Made by a program: the position numbers and the translations under genes
Source: Fibrobacterales bacterium
GTDB taxonomy: Bacteria; Fibrobacterota; Fibrobacteria; Fibrobacterales; JAOPTW01
NCBI GenBank assembly: GCA_051532035.1
Contig: JAOPTW010000054.1
Span: forward strand, 374-23,620
Direction of reading: 5' to 3'
DNA: 23,247 nt
Shown: positions 8,550-16,325 of the stretch, piece after piece
Layout: each line of letters starts with the position of its first letter
Numbering within the stretch: the stretch's first letter is position 1
Notes under the pieces: model-generated
Databases searched by the model: none
Told to the model about the DNA's origin: nothing
The model's input: the letters and a program-made list of their open reading frames with translations, nothing else

Positions 8550-10266
8550 AATATCTCCATTCTCCACCAACTATAATCCTGAATCGATCAAAGGCCCCAT
8601 TAGGGTGTTCTTTTAACTCTCTCGCGCCTATATTGAGAGCAGAAGCCCAAACAGAAATAGAGTTATTATACAAATACTGTGCTATGGTAAGATTATACTC
8701 CCAGTGCCCTGCAATTTCATAGGGTGTAGCTCCCCAACCATTTAAATATTGAACTGTTTGAAATTTGGCATTTGCTGAAACCTGCAACCCAAAACTGTTG
8801 TGATACTGAGCCTCAATAAATGTTGCGAGTTCTGGTTCTGTAAGCTCAAACGAGTATTGTGCCGACCCCCACACCTTTTGAAGGTGTATGGTCCCCCTTA
8901 CTGTAAAGGTATTATGCAAATAGAGTGAAGCTTTGAGTCTATTTTTAAGGCCCCAGGCATTTCCTCCATGACTTGTCACACCGCCCGACCTCAATAGATA
9001 GCCCCCATCAGAGACAATAGAATCAATCTTAAAATAGTGAGGGTTCATGATTACCCATGGCGAAGTATAGACATTCCACTCAAAAAGAGTGTTATGTTCA
9101 CCTTTATAAAATTCCGCGGCATACGACTGCATCAATTGGGTATGCCTCATCCTCACAGAGTCCTGAAAATTTGAGGTGGGCCGTTCAGTATAATCATCTT
9201 TGGGGTTTATAGCATTAGTGACAAGAAGATTAACGCCTGCACCTGAAAGGGTGTCATAAGAGCGCACCATGAGGGAGTCTCTCAATAGAAAGTATGAGCC
9301 ATTATAGGCAAGAGTATTGGTTAAGGTAAAAGATTTCTCATCTTTAAAATCGAATTGAGCAAAGGGAATCACCTTTAGTAAGGCATCATACTCAACCAAT
9401 GGGTCATCACCCCGCACCGCTATGTCAAAACCTAACTTGTGAGTACTCTGATTTATTGAGTTGCCACGATACTCAAGAGAATACTCAGTAGTATAAGATG
9501 TTCTATGAGTCAGCAATTCATCACCTAGATACCTTTTATAATGATATTTACCCGTAAGGTAAAGCTCTTCTACAGCTAATTCAGTTTGAGCAGTCCGTAG
9601 TTTATAAGGAAGAAGCCTTCCACTCCCTTTTAAGTTGAGCCACAGCCACCCATCTCTGTATGATGTCCGCGAAATCCCTTTAGAAAACTTTTTCTCTACA
9701 CCCGCAACAAAAGATGAGTATTGAGGATAGTTTTCACCAAACCACGAATAGTTGATTGCCTCAAATGTTGGATTTGTTCTATTTAAAACGGACTGTTTAT
9801 AGGTTATATCAGCGGCGCTGAAGTGATCAACTTGTTCGAAAGAAAAGAGGGCCTTCCAACCAGAAACAATGGGGGAGTAGAGCGTAAGCTCTGTCATAGG
9901 TGTTCTATTGGACTCGGTGACATATCCATCCCTGAGCTCTTGCATTAAAGGATCACCAACCTCATTACCCGTTTGTATCCGTGTATACCTAGATTGAGGG
10001 AGCGGTTTAAATACCGAATACTTCTTACCATAGAGCTCGAACTGGTCAAACGATGGTAACGAGTAGAGTTCTCGTGTTGAGTAGGGAAACGCCAAGGTGT
10101 AGGGTTTCGTATAATACTCACTTGCAGTCTGTAGTATAAAAAGATCAATTGTTTGACTCTTACTATCAAGTGCCCCATACTCAGTACGAATATTAGATTC
10201 TTGGCCCATTACCTGAAAGACAGCACACAATACAACAATCGTTATACATAAAAATTTGTTTACCAC
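8548..10266 (-). CDS. Large outer-membrane beta-barrel protein of unknown function, 572 aa
   Basis: N-terminal signal peptide, many Tyr/Phe-rich amphipathic strands, C-terminal beta-signal-like RIIVGGEWRY. The end (SVWASALNI...HP...R) resembles TonB-dependent-receptor or porin C-termini. Confidence 0.7.
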   Translation of the reverse strand: MVNKFLCITIVVLCAVFQVMGQESNIRTEYGALDSKSQTIDLFILQTASEYYTKPYTLAFPYSTRELYSLPSFDQFELYGKKYSVFKPLPQSRYTRIQTGNEVGDPLMQELRDGYVTESNRTPMTELTLYSPIVSGWKALFSFEQVDHFSAADITYKQSVLNRTNPTFEAINYSWFGENYPQYSSFVAGVEKKFSKGISRTSYRDGWLWLNLKGSGRLLPYKLRTAQTELAVEELYLTGKYHYKRYLGDELLTHRTSYTTEYSLEYRGNSINQSTHKLGFDIAVRGDDPLVEYDALLKVIPFAQFDFKDEKSFTLTNTLAYNGSYFLLRDSLMVRSYDTLSGAGVNLLVTNAINPKDDYTERPTSNFQDSVRMRHTQLMQSYAAEFYKGEHNTLFEWNVYTSPWVIMNPHYFKIDSIVSDGGYLLRSGGVTSHGGNAWGLKNRLKASLYLHNTFTVRGTIHLQKVWGSAQYSFELTEPELATFIEAQYHNSFGLQVSANAKFQTVQYLNGWGATPYEIAGHWEYNLTIAQYLYNNSISVWASALNIGARELKEHPNGAFDRFRIIVGGEWRY

Positions 10267-10820
10267 GCCCCATACTCCACTTTGAGAGACACCGATGCAA
10301 ACTGAGAATACTCAGGCTCAGTAAAGAGCACATCCCACGAACCTTCTACTGAAAGTTGGAACAGCCCCAATGAAAGCGTTGGCGTTTGTAGTGCAGCATA
10401 CACCCCAAAATCAGATTCATTGTCATCGAGCATTAAAGGCCCCCCATCGTTAGAGCGGGAGCGGACAAAAGAAAGGGCAAGACCACCACCCAAACGAGCC
10501 CCCAAAGGTAGATGATAGGCGAATCCCGCCTTACCTCGCATATACCAAATCTCAACGGGAAGATACTGAGCTTTAAGAGAACTCCCCTCAAAGGCAAGTA
10601 CTATACTACTTGTACTGCTATATTCCGTAGCGAATGAAAAGCCAAGGAGTGGCCCCATTTCTAAAACATCATCAAGATTATCAAGCGGGATACTGCCCCC
10701 AAGCGACAGAGCAACTGTACCTGTTGAAAATTTGGGGTATTCAATAGTATCACCAGCTTCACCACCCAGTGCAAAGCATGAAGTGCTCAGCAATAGGACA
10801 CCCAATACATAACTCCTCAC
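10260..10820 (-). CDS. Small outer-membrane beta-barrel protein, 186 aa
   Basis: Signal peptide (..SCFA|LG), about 8 amphipathic strands, aromatic C-terminus SLKVEYGAW. GTG start overlaps the rsmB stop (GTGA). Confidence 0.7.
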   Translation of the reverse strand: MRSYVLGVLLLSTSCFALGGEAGDTIEYPKFSTGTVALSLGGSIPLDNLDDVLEMGPLLGFSFATEYSSTSSIVLAFEGSSLKAQYLPVEIWYMRGKAGFAYHLPLGARLGGGLALSFVRSRSNDGGPLMLDDNESDFGVYAALQTPTLSLGLFQLSVEGSWDVLFTEPEYSQFASVSLKVEYGAW

Positions 10821-12130
10821 GATACTCTCCTGAGACGAGCCCCAAAAAAACCATCAAAAGGAGACTGGCCAGGAATTATTTTAACCATATGGTTTGATAC
10901 ATGCTCAGTATCAACAAATTGCTCAGCATCATCCAACACATAGTGAGAGTGGTTTTTTAGAAATGTTTCGATAACCTCATCACACTCTTCTGACTCGGGG
11001 CTACACGTCGCATACACTATTATTCCACCGGGTTCACAATAGTGAGAGCACTCCTCAAGAATCTCTAACTGAATTGTTGCGATATCAACAATATCTTGGG
11101 GTGTTACGTTCCATTTTGCTTCGGGCCTACGGGCAAGAACCCCCATGTTTGAACAGGGGGCATCAATGAGAATTTTGTTAAATGTCTTTTTAAAAGGAAG
11201 TTGACGGGCATCCATCGCTACTTTTTGATAGGAGTGCAAATGAAGGCGATTCGCTAAATCACTCAGTTTTAATAATCTCTTAGGCTTAAGATCTGCTGCA
11301 ACAACCTGAACGGTGTCGCCCATCTGTTCTAGAATCATCGCAGTCTTACCCCCTGGTGCTGCGCAGGCATCAAGAATTATATCACCCTCGACAGGGTTTA
11401 ACAATTGAAACATGAGAAATGATGCAGGATCTTGTACCGAAAAAAGGCCTTCACTAAATGCAGGTGAACGAATAAGCGCACCGAGAGAACCTGTTACCTG
11501 ATGGTATGTATCAAATACGGAATCCCCAAGCTCATGTGTGACTTCATCGGGAAGTTGATTAAGTAGTGTACCACTTTTTTTATTGATTCGAATCCAGGTA
11601 TCAGCTTGCTTATTTTGATGTTCTAATCGTTTTATAAGTACATGTTGCCCATTCTCTTTGAGCCATTTTTTTACCAGCCACTCGGGGTGTGAATATCGAA
11701 TGGCCAATTGTTTGGTACTGTTTCCTTGAGGTATATAGAGGCCATCACGAAGAATGTTCCTCAAAACAGCATTACAAAAATCACCCTGTTTTTGACCCAA
11801 CTCCCCTTTAACCATTTCTACAAGGGGATGAGTAATTGCATGGTCAGGCATACCGCCCTCTCTCATCCAACCAATCTGATAAACCCCCACTTGTAATGCC
11901 ATATATAATCGTGGTTTCGGCTTTTTCTTAAGATATTTTTTTAGTGTAACCTCAATCAATGAGCGATTACGAATAACCCCCATTGCAAGCTCAAGGGCAA
12001 AACCACGATCTTCAGAAGTGAGGGCATCTGAAAGTCCTCGTACAAGGTCTGCAACGAAACCACTCCCTTGATTAAATCCATAGAGTGCCTCAACTGCTAC
12101 AGCACGTGATGTTACACCTGGGACAGTAAT
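10817..12130 (-). CDS. rsmB: 16S rRNA m5C967 methyltransferase RsmB (Sun), probable ATT start at 12130, 437 aa
   Basis: YSHPEW, VQD, DACAAPGGKT, DAPCS and YATCS motifs. The NusB-like N-terminal helices (SRAVAVEALY...EDRGFALELAMGVIRNR) lie in frame upstream of ATG 11983. Gene identity is secure; the exact start is inferred. Confidence 0.9.
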   Translation of the reverse strand: MTVPGVTSRAVAVEALYGFNQGSGFVADLVRGLSDALTSEDRGFALELAMGVIRNRSLIEVTLKKYLKKKPKPRLYMALQVGVYQIGWMREGGMPDHAITHPLVEMVKGELGQKQGDFCNAVLRNILRDGLYIPQGNSTKQLAIRYSHPEWLVKKWLKENGQHVLIKRLEHQNKQADTWIRINKKSGTLLNQLPDEVTHELGDSVFDTYHQVTGSLGALIRSPAFSEGLFSVQDPASFLMFQLLNPVEGDIILDACAAPGGKTAMILEQMGDTVQVVAADLKPKRLLKLSDLANRLHLHSYQKVAMDARQLPFKKTFNKILIDAPCSNMGVLARRPEAKWNVTPQDIVDIATIQLEILEECSHYCEPGGIIVYATCSPESEECDEVIETFLKNHSHYVLDDAEQFVDTEHVSNHMVKIIPGQSPFDGFFGARLRRVS

Positions 12131-13053
12131 TGCAAACCCTCACGATTTTGAAGTCCATTATAAAAATCAACAACACCCATTGCCTTTTTGCCCTCAAGTT
12201 GTAGTTCAATAATTTGTAATACTCCATCGCTCGTGTTTACAAACAGCTCTTTCTCACTATTAAAAAAGAGAAGACCGGCAGTACCTTGAGACACAATATC
12301 TGGTACTAACCGTGCAGTTCGAATGCGAAATGTTTTACCTTCAAGATATGAATAACAAACAGGGTAGGGAAAGAAGCCTCTTATCAGGTTATAGATAGTG
12401 GCTGTCGGTGCAGTCCAATCAATAAGCCCATCCTCTTTCTTAAGTTTACGAGCAGAAGTAGCCTTTTCATGATTTTGTTCAAGGGGAGTATAATCACCAG
12501 TATCTATTTTATGTAGCGCGCTATCAAGAGCATCACACCCTATGTGCATAATTTTCTCAAAGAGCGTTTCAGCAGTATCTTCAATTGCTATAGGGCACTT
12601 TTTTACCTCTAACACCGGGCCATGGTCCATTTTCTCATCAAGGAGAAAAACAGTGACGCCACTCTCGGTATCGCCATTTGCGACTGCCCACTGAACCGGA
12701 GCTGCTCCACGATATTTGGGTAAGAGACTTCCATGAACATTGATAGAGCCCTGGGTGGGAATTGCTAACACTTTTTGGGGTAAGATAGAGAAAGCTACAA
12801 CAACAAAAAGATCGGGTTTCAATGCTGAGAGTTCAGCACAAAATTGATCATCTTTAAGGGATTCAGGTTGCATAACCGGGATATTTAGCTCTAAAGCTGC
12901 TTCTTTGACTGGGGGCGCCTGAAGTTTTCTCCCTCTTCCTTTGGGGCGATCTGGTTGAGTAACTACGGCAGAGACTGTATGACCTGCCTCACGCACTCTA
13001 TTCAAAAAAGAGACCGAAAAATCTGGGGTACCCATAAATACTACATTCATCAT
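12112..13053 (-). CDS. fmt: Methionyl-tRNA formyltransferase
   Basis: FMGTPDF, VVTQPDRPKGRG, INVHGSLLPKYRGAAP, SGVT, MDHG motifs. Start is ATG 13053 or 13050. Confidence 0.98.
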   Translation of the reverse strand: MMNVVFMGTPDFSVSFLNRVREAGHTVSAVVTQPDRPKGRGRKLQAPPVKEAALELNIPVMQPESLKDDQFCAELSALKPDLFVVVAFSILPQKVLAIPTQGSINVHGSLLPKYRGAAPVQWAVANGDTESGVTVFLLDEKMDHGPVLEVKKCPIAIEDTAETLFEKIMHIGCDALDSALHKIDTGDYTPLEQNHEKATSARKLKKEDGLIDWTAPTATIYNLIRGFFPYPVCYSYLEGKTFRIRTARLVPDIVSQGTAGLLFFNSEKELFVNTSDGVLQIIELQLEGKKAMGVVDFYNGLQNREGLQLLSQV

Positions 13054-13177
13054 AATCCAATCTGGAGTTTCTACCGGGGCAATGTAGTAAATTTCGCAAT
13101 TCTGGTATAGCGGCCCCTTTTATTCGTGCAATTTGACCTTGAAAATCGGACAATAGAATGAATCGCAAAAGGGTAAC

Positions 13178-14125
13178 ATGGCCGAACAGAATAGTTTTAA
13201 AAAGAATGCGATACTCTTTAAAGAGGGTGACCGTGGAGATTGTATGTATTTCATCAACTCCGGTGAAGTAGTAATTTTTAAAAACAGTCCCGCAGGCCCC
13301 ATTCATCTTGCTCGACTCACAAAAGCTGCTGTATTTGGTGAGATGGCTATAATCAACAAAGAACCACGATCCGCAAATGCCCTCGCCCTTACCGATGTAA
13401 CAGCTACTGAAGTATCAAATGTTGAATTTAATCTTCAAATCGAAAAAATCCCTCATTGGTATAAATCGATTATCTCTATGACGAGTATGCGGATTAGAGA
13501 GACCAATATGCGGCTTTTATCGGGTAAAAACAAGGTTAATATTACCAATATCTCTCATGTACTCTTTCAGGTATTCTGCTACGACCAACAGACTCGTTTG
13601 AAAAATACCGATTTTGTCGTTAATGAGATATCAGAAATTTTAGGTCTTAATCAGTCTCTTATCATTTCTGGACTAAAAACCCTTGAAAAGTCCAATTTAG
13701 TACGACTTGATCGTCAAGAGATGATGATTCCTGACCTTGAAGTACTTCTTGGATATAGTGAATATCTCAAAATTGATTCTCTTGAGAAAAAGTACAATAA
13801 AGAGTTTTGCTACCTGCTGGATGTCTTGCCCCGAGTATGTATTGACCTTCAGCTAGAGGGAGCATTGAGCTTCTACGTCGAACTCTTTACTATGAAAAAG
13901 GAACTACGCCAAGCAACGCGCGCTGAACTCAGTTTAATCGAAATTTTTCTTCAAATTCTCGATAAAGTTCATATCATTTCATTTATTGAGGCAGAAGATT
14001 CTATCAAATTATTAGAGACCTTGGGAAATAAGTCTGCAGTTGCCAAGCAATTTTACCGAATAGATATAAAAAGACTCCAATGTCTCAATAAAGCCATAAA
14101 GCAGTTAAACCTATTACAAAACTAA
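13178..14125 (+). CDS. Crp/Fnr-family cNMP-binding regulator with C-terminal extension
   Basis: LFKEGD...MYFINSGEV, phosphate-binding cassette FGEMAIINKEPRSANA, HTH-like EISEILGLNQSLIISGLKTLEKSNLV. Confidence 0.85.
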   Translation: MAEQNSFKKNAILFKEGDRGDCMYFINSGEVVIFKNSPAGPIHLARLTKAAVFGEMAIINKEPRSANALALTDVTATEVSNVEFNLQIEKIPHWYKSIISMTSMRIRETNMRLLSGKNKVNITNISHVLFQVFCYDQQTRLKNTDFVVNEISEILGLNQSLIISGLKTLEKSNLVRLDRQEMMIPDLEVLLGYSEYLKIDSLEKKYNKEFCYLLDVLPRVCIDLQLEGALSFYVELFTMKKELRQATRAELSLIEIFLQILDKVHIISFIEAEDSIKLLETLGNKSAVAKQFYRIDIKRLQCLNKAIKQLNLLQN

Positions 14126-14127
14126 TT

Positions 14128-15327
14128 ATGCCTATACTAATTATACTACTGCTCATTGCCCCTCTTGCAATGGCAAAAGACTATAATGATCCTGACCCTC
14201 GCTGTAATGAAGCATTTACCGGCGATGCGTCAACCTTTACTCCTACTGAAATTTGTGGAGACATTCAACTCCCTACCAGTCTGAGAAAATGTAAATCACC
14301 TTATTTGGTAACCGATGACATTTACATTCCAGCCAGCTCTCGCCTAAGAATTGAAGCGGGTGTTGAACTCATAATTTCCAAGAAACAGTGGTGCCATGGG
14401 CCAAAAGACTCCCTACGAGCAATGTCTGCAACAAAATGGAAAAGACAGATCGACTGGAATGATAGTCAGTATGTATCAATTAAAGTTGAAGGAGCCTTTT
14501 TTATTGCCGGTACCGAAAAAGAGCCTGTAATTATACGCCCCGAAAACACCACACTGAAGCGTGCTACATGGGATGGTATCCGCCTTAAAGACAAGTCTCA
14601 TATTACTACTCAAATTGAGTACCTACACATTTCTGGTGCAGATAAAGCGATTAACATAAAGCATTCAACGTTTAACATTGCCAATTCACTCTTTAAAAAC
14701 AACAATGTGGGCATTGCTATCGATAAACTAAGTATTGTTCCCATTTATAACTCAGTCTTTACCGAGAACTACAGTGCCGGCATCTTCCATAAACACTCAG
14801 GTGCAAAATTGTATGCAAACATATTTTACAACAACTTTAATTACGGCATTTGGGCCGACTCTCGACACTCCCTAGTCGCCTACCACAATATTTTCTTCGA
14901 CAACAGGGAAGCTGACTGTTTTCACTGTCCGTTAACTATTTCTCAAATATCAACAATTAATGATAATGGAGATTCTACCGACAGCCATTATAATCTCTTT
15001 AAAGACCCTATTTTTGTAGGATCTGCCCAAGAGGCAGAAGCGATTAAAAAGGATCTCGACTTAAACACACCTAAAATCGAGATTAAAGACACCATTCTGT
15101 ATCATTTGGAACTCAAGTCAAGAAAGCATAAAAATTTGGGTCTTAAAAAAGTGCGCCCTTTTATACCTCGCGGCCCTCAAAAAGGCCCCTACCGTTTGAG
15201 CAAGTATTCTCCTGGTATACATGGTGCACCCTCTCACTCGTTTTTTATGAATAGCGATAGCAGCCAAGGGGATGTTGGACTCTATGGTGGTACCAATAAC
15301 CGAGTCGGTAGAAGATTCCCCAAATAA
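14128..15327 (+). CDS. Secreted right-handed parallel beta-helix protein
   Basis: Signal peptide (..AMA|KD), LRIEAGV / GTEKEPVI / WDGI cap motifs, Asn-ladder repeats (FKNNNVGI, FTENYSAGI, FYNNFNYGI), C-terminal YRLSKYSPGI...DVGLYGG. Confidence 0.8.
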   Translation: MPILIILLLIAPLAMAKDYNDPDPRCNEAFTGDASTFTPTEICGDIQLPTSLRKCKSPYLVTDDIYIPASSRLRIEAGVELIISKKQWCHGPKDSLRAMSATKWKRQIDWNDSQYVSIKVEGAFFIAGTEKEPVIIRPENTTLKRATWDGIRLKDKSHITTQIEYLHISGADKAINIKHSTFNIANSLFKNNNVGIAIDKLSIVPIYNSVFTENYSAGIFHKHSGAKLYANIFYNNFNYGIWADSRHSLVAYHNIFFDNREADCFHCPLTISQISTINDNGDSTDSHYNLFKDPIFVGSAQEAEAIKKDLDLNTPKIEIKDTILYHLELKSRKHKNLGLKKVRPFIPRGPQKGPYRLSKYSPGIHGAPSHSFFMNSDSSQGDVGLYGGTNNRVGRRFPK

Positions 15328-15360
15328 AAAAAGGCCGCTCTTTAAATAACGACCTCTTTT
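15326..15360 (-). terminator. Intrinsic terminator of the 15385..15825 gene
   Basis: Minus strand GAGGUCGUU...AGCGGCCUU stem with G-U pairs, ending in a U7 tract. Confidence 0.65.
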
Positions 15361-15384
15361 CTAGAACAAATATCACACTATCGA

Positions 15385-15825
15385 TTACTCCAGAAACGGA
15401 TTAACTCCCTCTTCTGCTTGTTCGATAACCACTGAATCTGACACCTCTGTCTCGACCTCTGCCTTAGCCTCTTCCTCTGCAAGACGTTCAGTTATCTCCT
15501 CTTGAGGTGAAAGATACCGCTTTTCTTCTGAATCAACTTTCGTATCACTCCCCGGCTCACTCTCTTGCTCACTCCCTGGCCCATAGGTCTCTTCAACTTT
15601 ATCAACATAACTATTGAGCACCGTTGGAGTCACTGCTTTTGCATCGTATATTGCATTCATTAAACTCTCATCAAGTACATATGCATTTGATTGAGGCATT
15701 CCACCAAGAATATTCATGGTTTGACTCTGATGCATGGTACTTCTCATTTTCTGCGACTCTTCAGCAGAGAAAAGCCCTACTCTACTTGTGCTTGAACTCA
15801 CTGAATCATATCCACTTATGTACAT
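15385..15825 (-). CDS. Hypothetical acidic protein, 146 aa
   Basis: AGGAG SD, own terminator, Ser-rich N-terminus and Glu-rich C-terminal half; no family recognised. Confidence 0.75.
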   Translation of the reverse strand: MYISGYDSVSSSTSRVGLFSAEESQKMRSTMHQSQTMNILGGMPQSNAYVLDESLMNAIYDAKAVTPTVLNSYVDKVEETYGPGSEQESEPGSDTKVDSEEKRYLSPQEEITERLAEEEAKAEVETEVSDSVVIEQAEEGVNPFLE

Positions 15826-15861
15826 AGTTGCTCCTACTTCCCTAGAGACTCTCCTCTATAT

Positions 15862-15888
15862 CTATCGAAAACCTAACGCAGAACCTTA
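15862..15888 (-). promoter_or_regulatory. Putative sigma28 (FliA) promoter
   Basis: Minus strand TAAG-N15-TTCGATAG versus consensus TAAA-N15-GCCGATAA, 36 nt upstream of ATG 15825. Confidence 0.6.
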
Positions 15889-16042
15889 AGTGATTTATCA
15901 CGTTTTACATTATGAGCGAGTAAAGTTTGCGAATTTAGTGTTATTTGTGTAAATAAATTGAATGTAGAGCCATACAACACACTGGCCAGAGACAAATTCT
16001 TCGAATTAACTACATTTGCCCCAACATCAGTGGAGAAGAAGT

Positions 16043-16312
16043 ATGTCAGAATCAATCAACCCAAAAGATCTACCAATGGAACTCGGTGTGCAACCTATCG
16101 ATGCACTTATGGAAGAGTATGCCCTTAAAAATAATGATCTTGTTGCTGCATCCACTGAACAGCTCTCACATAAAATCGTGGGTAAAGCGCGCAAGGGGCG
16201 AAAAATCACTAAACGTCTTCAACGTAAAGTGATCGATGCATTTAACGCCGCATGTCATCAACGTTTCGACGATTTTTTAACCCTCAAAAAAGAATCGCTG
16301 TTTAATTATTAA
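16043..16312 (+). CDS. Small basic protein with possible Cro/XRE-like HTH, 89 aa
   Basis: GGAG SD before ATG 16043. The pattern IDALMEEYALKNNDLVAAS..LSHKIVGKARKGRKIT...KVIDAF resembles an XRE helical bundle. Confidence 0.7.
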   Translation: MSESINPKDLPMELGVQPIDALMEEYALKNNDLVAASTEQLSHKIVGKARKGRKITKRLQRKVIDAFNAACHQRFDDFLTLKKESLFNY

Positions 16313-16325
16313 AGCACCCTACACC

